Positions 1-9,822 of a DNA stretch of 64,000 bases are shown in pieces. The stretch is from a virus (lineage: Duplodnaviria > Caudoviricetes), in the IMG/VR virus record IMGVR_UViG_3300035180_001680; one strand, written 5' to 3'. The stretch's first letter is position 1, and the number at the start of each line of letters is the position of its first letter. A model generated the notes under the pieces. That model worked only from the letters and a program-made list of their open reading frames with translations, had not been told where the DNA came from and ran no database searches. The translations under genes and the position numbers were made by a program.

Positions 1-2
1 AT

Positions 3-374
3 CCTGACAGTGGGATGGAGAGAGGAATGATAATTGATGGTTTTCAAAAAAACGATAAACCTGGACTACTAATATCACCAAGTATAACAGAAGGATTGGA
101 TTTATTTGATGACTTGTCACGTTTTGCCATATTCGCAAAGGTTCCGTTTGGGTTTTTGGGGGATGAGTGGATTAAACGGAAAATGGAACTATCCCAACAA
201 TGGTATATGAGACAAGCACTAATTGAAATCATCCAAGGGTCCGGACGAGTCGTTAGATCCAAGAATGATTGGGGTACTGTATACATTTTAGATAGTTCTT
301 TTGGTTATCTTATGAACAAAACGAGGTATATGATCCCAAAATGGTGGTTAGAGGCGTTCCAACAAGTGTATTAA
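3..374 (+). CDS. DinG/Rad3-like SF2 helicase, C-terminal part (partial; frame open to window start)
   Basis: Motifs 'AKVPF', 'IIQGSGRVVRSKNDWGTVYILDSSF' match the helicase_C_2 motif VI region. Confidence 0.75.
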   Translation, partial: PDSGMERGMIIDGFQKNDKPGLLISPSITEGLDLFDDLSRFAIFAKVPFGFLGDEWIKRKMELSQQWYMRQALIEIIQGSGRVVRSKNDWGTVYILDSSFGYLMNKTRYMIPKWWLEAFQQVY

Positions 375-601
375 TAGATTGGTGTTGGGCGCTTTGATTC
401 TTGTTCGAATCTCTTTTTTAAAAAATTATCAATGATTCGACGTTCAGGATATGTCATATACATAGCTTCAGTGTATTGTACACTCCCACGCATGAAATAA
501 ATCATATTGACAATATTTTCAATTATTGCCTCTGCTTCACGTTGAAGTTGTTTAATGTGATTTATTTTTTCTTCAGTAGAACCCCACCGAAGAATTACAT
601 A
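371..601 (-). CDS. gp51-like / tail-assembly-chaperone 'T'-like reading frame, 76 codons, probably reached by -1 frameshift from the gp26-like gene (absent from ORF track)
   Basis: Manual translation: YVILRWGSTEEKINHIKQLQREAEAIIENIVNMIYFMRGSVQYTEAMYMTYPERRIIDNFLKKRFEQESKRPTPIY*. First in-frame ATG lies about a third of the way in. Frame is -1 relative to 595..1389. Confidence 0.7.
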   Translation of the reverse strand, partial: YVILRWGSTEEKINHIKQLQREAEAIIENIVNMIYFMRGSVQYTEAMYMTYPERRIIDNFLKKRFEQESKRPTPIY

Positions 602-607
602 AAAAAA
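569..607 (-). other. Putative -1 programmed ribosomal frameshift signal
   Basis: In-frame heptamer T TTT TTT (607-601), 6-nt spacer, then stem TTCTTCGGT / loop GGGGTTCT / ACTGAAGAA (594-569). Confidence 0.65.
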
Positions 608-1389
608 GTTAGCGGGTTGAGTGTAACCGACAACTCTACCTCCTGCCCGCAGTCAACACATTCAGCCGTATAATGAAAATCTGGACCCCATTCACTACCT
701 TTTTCAATTGTTTTTGATATATCGTTGAACCATGCAACTGGAATAGATTTTAACCAATCGATTATCATATCACTATCTGTTATTTCATCAACAGCAACAA
801 TCATAAATGCTACTGACCGTATTAACTGATCTCCTAAACCATCATCTTGTTGTTGATCGTTAATAGATTGCATTATATTAATAATGTTATTAAATCTCAT
901 CGGTTGAAGCTTGACGACTTGATAATTAGGCATTGTCATTGAAAAATCAACGTTGAGTTGTGTTGGATCTATTGGTTTAGAAGCAGCTAGAATTTTTGAT
1001 AAGGAGATTGAATATGCATGACTTTTAGCATCCTTGCAATTATGTGTGTAATTTACGTCGATAACATCGCCATAAGTAACTTTTCGAATTGCCGTCATAA
1101 TATAGTCAATGTCTTTTGATAACATATTCATTGGGTTTTTAATTTGAGGAGCACATTGAGCAAACACTTCAAGAAGTGCATCTCCATTTAACATCTTATC
1201 AGGACTCCGTAACAGAATTTCACTCATCGCTGTTAAAGGATATAAGTGGATTTCTCCATTTCGAACATCATCACTCAATTCACCATTTTTGTAAAATAAC
1301 CCATTTGATGGTAACCGAACTGTTTCTCCTGGGATTTTAATTCGTTCTAAAAGTGGATTGGATTTGATTTCTTGTGATTGTACATCCAT
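595..1389 (-). CDS. T4 gp26-like baseplate hub / tail assembly protein
   Basis: N-terminal 'VRLPSNGLFY...GEIHLYPLTAMSEILL' and C-terminal CxxC ('CVDCG...LNPLTFF') are typical of gp26-like proteins. Confidence 0.72.
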   Translation of the reverse strand: MDVQSQEIKSNPLLERIKIPGETVRLPSNGLFYKNGELSDDVRNGEIHLYPLTAMSEILLRSPDKMLNGDALLEVFAQCAPQIKNPMNMLSKDIDYIMTAIRKVTYGDVIDVNYTHNCKDAKSHAYSISLSKILAASKPIDPTQLNVDFSMTMPNYQVVKLQPMRFNNIINIMQSINDQQQDDGLGDQLIRSVAFMIVAVDEITDSDMIIDWLKSIPVAWFNDISKTIEKGSEWGPDFHYTAECVDCGQEVELSVTLNPLTFFM

Positions 1390-1476
1390 GATATCTCCTT
1401 GTTTATTTTAATATATATAGTGGATTATTAGACCCTATCATATCATTGTAAATATGTATACTTATTAGGACTTTTT

Positions 1477-4380
1477 ATGGCTACTCTAAACCAATCTGAT
1501 GTTCAACAAATTGCTTCAAGTTTGTTGAGTTCTTTACAGTCGGCAGCAGGACAAAGTGCTTCTTTTTCGAGAGCTTATGGTACTACGTCGGGTACTACAG
1601 GTGGTGTAAACAGAGCAAGAAATTCTGAAACAAACGCCGATTTTCGAAATTTAACAAAAGCTGCTGATTCGTTATCAGCAAGATTTTTTGGTGTTATTAA
1701 ATCATCTGGAACTTTTGTTAAATCGATGGATTCTTTCAATAAAGTTCAAGTAGACAATATAACAAAAGCACGACTTCAAAGCAAGTACGCATCGGAAGTT
1801 GTTGCAAATTTTTACGAAACAGTTAGTGATCTTAAAAAAGCCAATAAAGAGCTCCCAGAAGCGTTTGACAAATTAAAAGATGGAATTTCTTCGGGAAATA
1901 AATTTATTGAAGCTGCTTTGAAAGGTGTTAGCGTAAAAACTGTTGAAGATTTTGATAATGTGTTTCGAGCTTTAAGGGGTGCTAGTGTTGAACTCGGACA
2001 GTCGAGAAGAGCAATTGCTTCCAATGTGGCTGAATTAGATAGATTAAAAGAAGAGATTGCTAAATCTAACCCAATGGATGTTGAAACATATAAACTTCAA
2101 AAACAATATGACCAAATTCTTGAAAAAACGGTTAGTGAAATGCAAAAGCATGGTGCATTGACTAGTGTAACTGCTGAACAACAGAAGAAAGAAGGACATC
2201 TTGTATTAGATATGATCAAGAGTGATACCACACTCAAAGATCTGAAAGCAGACGAAATTAAGGGAACGAAAGCATTAAACAAAGGAACTATTAATTTAGT
2301 TTCTGATTTTGAAAAAGCGGATAAAAGTATTAAAAGTTTTAAAGACAAACTAAAAGAAAGTTTGTTTGACAAAGCTATTGGGAAAATGGGAGGAAATGCT
2401 GCCGAGGCTGCTTTAATGAGAAACCAAGGTTCGTCTATGTTGGGTGCATTGGCGAAACAACTCCCAGCGGCAATTGTGAAGATTGGAATTGATGTTTCAA
2501 AAGAACTTGCTAGTGAAGCCATGGACCAAGCAAAAACAGCTTTTGAGACTGGTGTTGGACCTATGGCTGCATTTGCCCTTCAGTTGAGAATGACTGCCCC
2601 AGAATTACAAAAAATTATGGCATTAAACAAAAGTGCAGCATTTTTCGGTAAAGAGGGGATTGAACAAACAACTAAAAATTTAAAAGAGCTAGAAGATCAC
2701 AGTAATGCATTTTTAGAACTTACAGGTAGTGCTGGTGGTGCAGCTCAATTGATGTTGTCAACCCAACATTTCACCAAAGCGTTTTCGGATGGAACTCAAA
2801 CGATATCTCAAGGGACAACAACGTGGGGAAAACATCTTTCGCAGATGAATTTGTTGACGGGTGAAAGTGCTCAATCAATAATGGATAGCACTAATGCGAT
2901 GATGGGTGATTCGGATATTCAGTTGAAGTTACAGGGTTTGCGAGGGAAAGAGGCAGATGCGTTAATGGAGAGTATTAGGTCTCGTCAGTTAGAATTCGGT
3001 GCTGTAGGAATGTCAACAGAACAAGCAAATGCTTATACTAAAGCTCTTGCAGGATTACAAGCAGAAACTATTCCAGATTCAGCTAAGCATGCTGGAATGG
3101 TTGCAGTAGAATTGTCTCAAGCTGGGATGTCTGGAACGGGTGTTATGAAAGAAATTCAACAGATAATGTTGGGCAGAGAAATGTCCAATGAAGCTGTTGC
3201 GTTGTTAGCTAAACATCAAACAGGTTTATTGAAAACGCAAATGATGGGCTCTGATAATCAAGCTGCTTTTGTTGCGAGAGCTTTAAGAGAACAGTTTGTG
3301 CCAGGTCAAGGTTCAAATGTTGGAACTATGGTAGGATTGACGAAAGAGAAGCAACGTCTCGCTGCTACTGGAAATTTGGCTACTAAAGAACAAATTGCTG
3401 CGGCAGGTGGAGAAGGGATTGGTGGAAAAATGGGTGGTCTTGTTAAGATGGGTGAAGAATTTATCAAGACTGTTGAAGTTGCAACTGCATCAAAAGGAAA
3501 CATGTATGCGTATGTTGAGGATTTTGGAAAAAGTGTAAAAATGTTTGCCGATACAGTTGCTGGTGGGGCGGAGGCTGCAGGAGGTTTAGTGAAGAAAGTT
3601 GGAAGTACTGGGGCTGGAGCAACTATGATGGCATTATTTGGAGGTACATTAGCTGGGTCATTATTGTTAAGTCCTGGGTTGGGGTTAGGAAAAATGTTAG
3701 CCACAAAGGGGATTGGTCAATCTTTGGGTTCTATTTTTGGCGGAGGTGGTGGACCAACTCCCGTTTCAGGGGCTGGAAGTAGTAGACTTGGAAAAGTGTT
3801 ATCCAATGGAAAATATTTAAACACAAAAACTATGTTAAAAGGAATGGGAAAAGGTGGACTTGGTTGGATTGGATCTGCAGCTTTAGGTGGTTTGTCGGAT
3901 TATGCTGGGAGAGATACGAAAACAGGAGCTTTTGCAGATATAGGTAGTGATGCCTTGAATATGGCTGGAACAGGAGCAATGTTAGGAAGTTTGGTTGGAC
4001 CTGCAGGAACTGCGATAGGTGGAGCGATAGGTGGAATAGTTGGTGGTGCCTATGGATTGTATGATAACTGGGGGACTTTAACTGGAAAAAACCAAACTTC
4101 AACCCCAACAATTCCAACTGGTTCAGCACCAAAAGCATTCCAAAGTATGAACGATGTTCAACAACAAACTTCTTCACAATTGGATATGATGGTAACACAG
4201 TTGCAGATTATTTCAAATACATTGGGAGTAAATGTGAAACATTCAGAAAAAACTAGTATTGCAACTCAAAATTTGAATCAAGCATACCAAACAGTTGAAA
4301 ATGAAAAAATTATACAAGAACGCACGAAGATGGGAAAATTGGCAGCGATTTTACCAATTAACAATCCATCCGCTGTATGA
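1477..4380 (+). CDS. Tape-measure / baseplate hub (gp29-like) protein, 967 aa
   Basis: Long Ala/Gly-rich helical protein with glycine-zipper segments near the C-terminus; adjacent (divergent) to the gp26/gp51-like genes. Confidence 0.62.
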   Translation: MATLNQSDVQQIASSLLSSLQSAAGQSASFSRAYGTTSGTTGGVNRARNSETNADFRNLTKAADSLSARFFGVIKSSGTFVKSMDSFNKVQVDNITKARLQSKYASEVVANFYETVSDLKKANKELPEAFDKLKDGISSGNKFIEAALKGVSVKTVEDFDNVFRALRGASVELGQSRRAIASNVAELDRLKEEIAKSNPMDVETYKLQKQYDQILEKTVSEMQKHGALTSVTAEQQKKEGHLVLDMIKSDTTLKDLKADEIKGTKALNKGTINLVSDFEKADKSIKSFKDKLKESLFDKAIGKMGGNAAEAALMRNQGSSMLGALAKQLPAAIVKIGIDVSKELASEAMDQAKTAFETGVGPMAAFALQLRMTAPELQKIMALNKSAAFFGKEGIEQTTKNLKELEDHSNAFLELTGSAGGAAQLMLSTQHFTKAFSDGTQTISQGTTTWGKHLSQMNLLTGESAQSIMDSTNAMMGDSDIQLKLQGLRGKEADALMESIRSRQLEFGAVGMSTEQANAYTKALAGLQAETIPDSAKHAGMVAVELSQAGMSGTGVMKEIQQIMLGREMSNEAVALLAKHQTGLLKTQMMGSDNQAAFVARALREQFVPGQGSNVGTMVGLTKEKQRLAATGNLATKEQIAAAGGEGIGGKMGGLVKMGEEFIKTVEVATASKGNMYAYVEDFGKSVKMFADTVAGGAEAAGGLVKKVGSTGAGATMMALFGGTLAGSLLLSPGLGLGKMLATKGIGQSLGSIFGGGGGPTPVSGAGSSRLGKVLSNGKYLNTKTMLKGMGKGGLGWIGSAALGGLSDYAGRDTKTGAFADIGSDALNMAGTGAMLGSLVGPAGTAIGGAIGGIVGGAYGLYDNWGTLTGKNQTSTPTIPTGSAPKAFQSMNDVQQQTSSQLDMMVTQLQIISNTLGVNVKHSEKTSIATQNLNQAYQTVENEKIIQERTKMGKLAAILPINNPSAV

Positions 4381-4437
4381 TAAGAATTCCTCCGGATATT
4401 TAACAATAAATACTTATTAACAACAAAGAAGAAAATT

Positions 4438-6204
4438 ATGGGAAAATTTGTAGATTATTTCAAGTTTGTATCTCCAAACCAAGAAACATCTGTAGTTCAG
4501 GACAGCCAGGGGGTGGATGGACAATATGCTACATACGGAAATTATACATGGTATCAAAGACTCGTTCAAGGTTCAGCCACACGGTTAACACGATATCGTG
4601 AATATGATATTATGGACAACGATATTGAAATTACTCGAGCGTTGGATACCATTGCCGAAGAAATGACAACAAAAAATGCGGCAACTAATTTACCGTTAGA
4701 TGTTGAAATTGAAACAGAAGAAGGTTTATTAGTTGATGATACTTTAGTTATGACGATAAGAGCTGCTTTACGTCATTGGTCTGGAATTCATAATTGGAAA
4801 ACAAGATTGTTTAAAATTTCTCGTAATACAATCAAATATGGTGATTGTTTTTTCCGAAAACGTTCTCCTCATACTCCATGGGAATGGATACCAGCAGCAA
4901 ATGTGATAGCGGCTTATGTTGACGCAGACGATGTAACTAAAGTTAAGGGTTTTGTAATCAGAACAGATACAAAACGACCGAGAACTGCAGGTGGTGCGCC
5001 TGGAGATGGAACTCCCGGAATGAACACTGTTTCCGTTGGTGAGCCGTATGAAACAGAATATGTGATGATGCAAGATCTTGTTAGATTTTCTTTGAATGAC
5101 GATATGTCTGAATCTGCTCCTTTTGGTGATTCTGTTCTTCGTAGTGTGTATCGTTCACACAAACAAAAAGAGTTACTTGAAGATGCAATTATAATTTACC
5201 GAATCGTTAGAGCCCCGGAACGTCGTGTGTTTTATATGGATGTCGGGAAAATGCCACCCCACCGCGTTAAACAGTATCTTGAAACAGTAAAGAATGAAAT
5301 TAGACAAAAGAAAATCCCATCTCAAATGGGTGGAAAAGAATCTATTGATTCAGTATATAACCCTCAATCTATGACAGAGGATTTCTTTTTTGCTTCCCAT
5401 CCAGATGGTCGTGGGTCAAAAGTAGAAACACTTCCAGGTGGACAAGGTTTGGGAGAATTAACAGATTTGGATTATTTTGTTGATAAAGTATTACGTGGAT
5501 TGCGTGTTCCAAAATCTTGGATGAAACCAGGGGCAGAGGGTGGTATATTTAATGATGGTAAAGTTGGGGCAGCTTACATAGAGGAACTGCAATTTGCTCG
5601 TTTTGTGGAACGACTTCAATCTCCTATTGAAAATGTTATTGACAAAGAATTTAAATTATATCTCCGTAATTGTAACATCAATATTGATGAATCTACATAC
5701 AGAATTAGAATTCCAGCACCAAATAATTATGAACAACACAGAAGAGCTGACTTAGATTCTAATCTAATCAATAATATGGCATCAGCTGAAAGTATTCCTT
5801 ACTTATCCAAACGATTTGCTCTTTCACGTTATTTGCAATTGACAGATGACGAGATAGTTCAGAATGAAATGTTATTAAGACAAGAGAAGAAAGTTAAACA
5901 ATCACCAGATGGTTCTGACATTGCACTTCTTTATGGTAGCGAAGAGATTGGTCTTGACGGTGGAATGGGAGGCGGCTTCGGTGGTGGAATGGGAGGCGGC
6001 TTCGGAGGCGGAATGGGTGGTGATTTCGGTGGTGGAGTGGGTGGTGATTTCGGTGGTGGAATGGGTGGTGAAGAACAACTTCCTCCAGGAAAGGGTGGAT
6101 TAGATTTGGGGGGTGGAATTCCACCAGTCGGAGGACAACAACCTCCTAACCAAGGAGTTGGAACCCAACCACCACCAGGTGGAACTAAACAGCCGGCCAT
6201 TTAA
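4438..6204 (+). CDS. gp20: Portal protein (T4 gp20 family)
   Basis: 'LEDAIIIYRIVRAPERRVFYMDVGKMP', 'EDFFF...GRGSKVETLPGG', 'LRVPKS'; first gene of the head operon. Confidence 0.95.
   Translation: MGKFVDYFKFVSPNQETSVVQDSQGVDGQYATYGNYTWYQRLVQGSATRLTRYREYDIMDNDIEITRALDTIAEEMTTKNAATNLPLDVEIETEEGLLVDDTLVMTIRAALRHWSGIHNWKTRLFKISRNTIKYGDCFFRKRSPHTPWEWIPAANVIAAYVDADDVTKVKGFVIRTDTKRPRTAGGAPGDGTPGMNTVSVGEPYETEYVMMQDLVRFSLNDDMSESAPFGDSVLRSVYRSHKQKELLEDAIIIYRIVRAPERRVFYMDVGKMPPHRVKQYLETVKNEIRQKKIPSQMGGKESIDSVYNPQSMTEDFFFASHPDGRGSKVETLPGGQGLGELTDLDYFVDKVLRGLRVPKSWMKPGAEGGIFNDGKVGAAYIEELQFARFVERLQSPIENVIDKEFKLYLRNCNINIDESTYRIRIPAPNNYEQHRRADLDSNLINNMASAESIPYLSKRFALSRYLQLTDDEIVQNEMLLRQEKKVKQSPDGSDIALLYGSEEIGLDGGMGGGFGGGMGGGFGGGMGGDFGGGVGGDFGGGMGGEEQLPPGKGGLDLGGGIPPVGGQQPPNQGVGTQPPPGGTKQPAI
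5959..6069 (+). repeat. Coding tandem repeat, about 4.5 x 24 nt (GG[MV]GG[GD]FG) in the portal C-terminal tail
   Basis: Directly visible: GGMGGGFG GGMGGGFG GGMGGDFG GGVGGDFG GGMGG. Confidence 0.9.
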
Positions 6205-6355
6205 TTTCCAAAGTTATTTCAATAATAATCAATAAAAACAAGGGGTTACTACTTACCCTTTGTTTTTAATACGTTTTTCTGTAAATATCAGTGTAAAGCT
6301 GGGTGTTGTATTATTATCAGCTTTCCAAAAACCAATAACAACAAGGAGGAATACT

Positions 6356-6667
6356 ATGTTTAAAGAACAATTAAAGACTCTCGTCAACGCTCTTATTAAC
6401 GAAGATGAGGATACAGCTCGTGAAGTTTTTCGTAGCTATGTAGTCGAAAGAAGCAAAACCATCATTGAAGTCGGTGATGAAGATGATGAAGATGATGAAG
6501 ATGAGGGTGATTTAGAAGACAAAGAAGACTCCGATGAGGATGAAGAAAAGAAAGAAAAGAAGGACAACGACGACAAAAAGAAATATGACAAAAAAGTCGA
6601 CAAAGACATCGAAAGGTTAGCCAAGGACCAGAAAAAGGATGACGAAGAAGGTGAGGATGACGATTAA
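6356..6667 (+). CDS. Acidic prohead core protein (gp67-like)
   Basis: Small Asp/Glu/Lys-rich ORF between portal and protease; start moved to the ATG after the AGGAGG RBS. Confidence 0.6.
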   Translation: MFKEQLKTLVNALINEDEDTAREVFRSYVVERSKTIIEVGDEDDEDDEDEGDLEDKEDSDEDEEKKEKKDNDDKKKYDKKVDKDIERLAKDQKKDDEEGEDDD

Positions 6668-6685
6668 TCGTAAAGGAGAATTAAA

Positions 6686-7321
6686 ATGAGCACACAACTC
6701 TTAATAGAGGAACTCTCTCCTGCACAAAGTGGAATTATCCAGGAATCGTCTTCTGATGGGAAAAATGTTTGGTTGTCTGGTATCTTTATGCAGGCTGATA
6801 TCAAAAACCGGAATAATCGGATTTACCCATTAGATGAAATTTCTCGTGCTGTAACTGAAGCATCTTTAAAAATTCAAGAGATGAATGGTATTTTTGGAGA
6901 ACTTGATCATCCACAAACTCTGTCTATTAATTTGGATCGCATTTCACATGCTATTACGGATTTGAGAATGGAAGGTTCTAATGCATATGGTCGCGCAAAA
7001 CTTCTTCCTACTCCAATGGGAAACATCGCAAAAACTTTGGTTGAAAGTGGTGTTCGTTTGGGAGTTAGTTCAAGAGGTGCCGGCGAAGTTGGGGATAGTG
7101 GAACAGTCAAATTGTTTTCATTTGTTACTGTTGATATTGTTGCTACTCCATCTGCACCAGGAGCAATGCCTACATCAATATATGAGTCTTTGGAAATGAT
7201 GAAGAGTGGTCGGAACGTCTTAACTTTAGCAGAACAAGTACAACACGATCCAGCTGCACAAAAGTACTTAAAACAGGAAATTATGAAGTTTCTAGGTGAA
7301 AATTTATTCGCCAAGAGGTAA
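6686..7321 (+). CDS. gp21: Prohead protease (T4 gp21 family)
   Basis: 'GIFMQADIKNRNNRIYP', 'GELDHP', 'LGVSSRGAG', 'TVDIVATPSAPGA'. Confidence 0.95.
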   Translation: MSTQLLIEELSPAQSGIIQESSSDGKNVWLSGIFMQADIKNRNNRIYPLDEISRAVTEASLKIQEMNGIFGELDHPQTLSINLDRISHAITDLRMEGSNAYGRAKLLPTPMGNIAKTLVESGVRLGVSSRGAGEVGDSGTVKLFSFVTVDIVATPSAPGAMPTSIYESLEMMKSGRNVLTLAEQVQHDPAAQKYLKQEIMKFLGENLFAKR

Positions 7322-7423
7322 CAATTTTCAAATATTTTGGAAAAAAATTGGATTGTAACTCATTGTTTTTTCAGGGAAAAATAAACTACGTAACTACGTA
7401 GAATCCCTTTAAACACAGTAGGT

Positions 7424-7431
7424 TATAAATA
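7424..7431 (+). promoter_or_regulatory. T4-type late promoter TATAAATA
   Basis: Exact consensus 30 nt upstream of the scaffold gene. Confidence 0.75.
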
Positions 7432-7461
7432 TATACAACAAAGAAAACAAGGAGATACAAA

Positions 7462-8394
7462 ATGAATGAACTTCTTAAAAAGCTACTTGAAGCTGACATT
7501 CTTTCTGAAGATACCAGAAAGGAACTTGAAGAAGCAATGAGCGTACAGATTCAAGAAGCTGTAGAAGCGGCAAAATTGGAAGCAACAAACCAAGTACGTG
7601 TTGAGCTTACAGAACAGTGGATTACAGAACGTGATGCTTTAATTGAAGCAATTGATGATAAGGTTGAGGAATTTTTAAAAGAAGAATTCAAGGAACTTTA
7701 TGAGGACGTGTCGGCTTACCGTGATCTTGAAGCTGATTATGCTGAACATTTGGTTGAAGCAAAAACAGAAATGGCTGAAGAATTACAAAATGATTTGGCT
7801 GAATTAGTTGAAAAGTTAGATTCCTTCTTGGAAATTCGTTTAAATGCAGAATTTGAAGAATTAAAAGAGGAAATTAATGAAAGTAAAAAACTTCAGTTTG
7901 GTCGTAAGGTCTTTGAATCATTTGTAACTGAATATCGTAAAAACTTCGTTAATGAAGATTCTACTGAAGCTGAACTTCGTGAAGTTCGTGAACAGTATGA
8001 AGAAAAAGCACAACAAGTTAAAACTCTTGAAGAAAGTATCAATTTGGTAGAACGTAAACTTAAGATGGACAAAATTCTTGCTCCGTTGAATGGTAAAACT
8101 CGTGAAATCATGGAAACTATTTTGAAGAGTGTTCCAACTGAAGGGTTGGAAGAAGCATACAAGACCTTTATTGGTCGAGTGTTAAAGGAGTCTGGGGACA
8201 ATAGATCAGAGAAGGAAAAGTCAGTACTTGCTGAAAGTAAGTCCAAAAACGCTGAAAAGCCTAAATTGAGTGATGCCTTTTTAAGAACAGGTGATCCAAT
8301 TTACGAAAGCACCAAAGAAGAAGACGGAATGGATGTTTCTGAAAAATCCCGTAAGGTAACAGAATCATTTAAACGTTTAGCTGGTTTGGAATAA
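7462..8394 (+). CDS. gp22: Prohead scaffold/core protein (gp22-like)
   Basis: Glu-rich coiled-coil protein between protease and capsid genes. Confidence 0.85.
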   Translation: MNELLKKLLEADILSEDTRKELEEAMSVQIQEAVEAAKLEATNQVRVELTEQWITERDALIEAIDDKVEEFLKEEFKELYEDVSAYRDLEADYAEHLVEAKTEMAEELQNDLAELVEKLDSFLEIRLNAEFEELKEEINESKKLQFGRKVFESFVTEYRKNFVNEDSTEAELREVREQYEEKAQQVKTLEESINLVERKLKMDKILAPLNGKTREIMETILKSVPTEGLEEAYKTFIGRVLKESGDNRSEKEKSVLAESKSKNAEKPKLSDAFLRTGDPIYESTKEEDGMDVSEKSRKVTESFKRLAGLE

Positions 8395-8425
8395 TTTACA
8401 ACAACTTACTTACAGGGAGTTTAAA

Positions 8426-9775
8426 ATGAATGAACTTTTAGAAAACTGGGGCGAAATTAAGGAAGCCCTTTTAGAAGGTCTTGATGGTTCAAAGAAAGAG
8501 ATCACAGGAACTCTTCTTGAAAATCAGAAGACACAGGTTTTAACAGAAACCGCAGCAGCAGGATCTACAGATGCAGCATCTATTGCTGGTTTCCGTAAGA
8601 TCATCATCCCAATGATCCGTCGTATTATTCCTAGCACTATTGCTACGGAAATTGTTGGTGTTCAACCTATGCAAGGTCCAGTTGGTCTTGTGTATTCTTT
8701 ACGTTACAAATATGCTGATAGTATCACTACAAGTGTTACTCCAGAAGGTGATATTCCAAATGCTGGTGACCCAACAGACTTTGAAGCTTTTGGTAACTTG
8801 AATGCAATGCGTCGTTTCTATTCTGGCACAACAGGTGCTTCCCAAGTTGCAGGTGCTGATGGTATGGGTGCTCCAGCTCCAGGATCAATTACTGGTGTTG
8901 CACAAGGAAAATCTTGGGGTGCTAATGCAGGTTTCTCATCTTTGGATGGTTGTACTGTTGGTGGTTCGGGTGGTACTATTGAAGCTTCTGGTGGTCGTCG
9001 TATGACTGTGCAAGTTATGTCACAAGCTGTTGAAGCTGGTTCACGTAAGTTGCAAGCAGGTTGGACAATTGAAGCTATGCAAGATTTACAAGCACAGCAC
9101 GGTCTTGATCTTGAAAACGAAATGACAAAGGCTCTTTCAGCAGAAATCGTTCAAGAAATCGACAACGAAATTATTACTGACCTTTTAGGTCTTGCTGGAA
9201 CAGTTGCAACATTTGATGGTTCATTACCAGCAGCTCCAGGTTACTATCGTCCAACATTCGTTGGTGATCGTTTGGCTAACCTTGGTGTTATGATCAACTA
9301 CGTCGCTAACGAGATTGCTCGTAAGACTCGTCGTGGACAGGGTAACTTCATCGTTGTATCACCAATGATTGTTTCAGTTCTTCAATCAGCTGCAAAGAGC
9401 GTTTTTGCTCCTGCTGTTCAGGGTTCTTTCAAGGGTCCTAACAACACAATGCTTGCCGGAACTTTGAATTCAACTATCAAGGTTTACACATATTTGTGGA
9501 ACCAAGTTGATTCAACAGATTTTGGTGGAACTGGTAACGACAGTATTCTTGTTGGTTACAAGGGTGGAAATGGTGAAACTGATTCTGGTTACTTCTACTG
9601 CCCATACATCCCATTAATGTCTTCTGGTGTTGTTATTAACCCAGTTACTTTCCAACCAGTCGTTTCATTAATGACTCGTTATGGTAAGACCACATTTACC
9701 AACAAAGCAACATCTCTTGGAAATAGTGCGGATTATTATGGTAAAATTAATGTCACAGGAATGTCCTTGGCTTAA
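8426..9775 (+). CDS. gp23: Major capsid protein (T4 gp23 family)
   Basis: 'EIVGVQPMQGPVGLVYSLR', 'SRKLQAGWTIEAMQDL', 'YCPYIPL', 'MTRYG'. Confidence 0.97.
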   Translation: MNELLENWGEIKEALLEGLDGSKKEITGTLLENQKTQVLTETAAAGSTDAASIAGFRKIIIPMIRRIIPSTIATEIVGVQPMQGPVGLVYSLRYKYADSITTSVTPEGDIPNAGDPTDFEAFGNLNAMRRFYSGTTGASQVAGADGMGAPAPGSITGVAQGKSWGANAGFSSLDGCTVGGSGGTIEASGGRRMTVQVMSQAVEAGSRKLQAGWTIEAMQDLQAQHGLDLENEMTKALSAEIVQEIDNEIITDLLGLAGTVATFDGSLPAAPGYYRPTFVGDRLANLGVMINYVANEIARKTRRGQGNFIVVSPMIVSVLQSAAKSVFAPAVQGSFKGPNNTMLAGTLNSTIKVYTYLWNQVDSTDFGGTGNDSILVGYKGGNGETDSGYFYCPYIPLMSSGVVINPVTFQPVVSLMTRYGKTTFTNKATSLGNSADYYGKINVTGMSLA

Positions 9776-9794
9776 TTGTTTCCAAATAGTACAG

Positions 9795-9822
9795 AAAAAC
9801 CGGCGTTATGCGCCGGTTTTTT
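9795..9822 (+). terminator. Rho-independent terminator after the capsid gene
   Basis: AAAAACCGGCG-TTATG-CGCCGGTTTTTT. Confidence 0.9.

Noticed and set aside
476-673. Plus-strand 65-aa ORF
   Set aside because: It is antisense to the gp26-like gene and the gp51-like frame, which explain the region better.
1812-6200. Antisense and alternate-frame ORFs in the track (e.g. 2097..2522, 3306..3704, 5931..6200) and similar ones throughout
   Set aside because: They are shadows of long coding genes or of the Gly-repeat, with no RBS or recognisable motifs.
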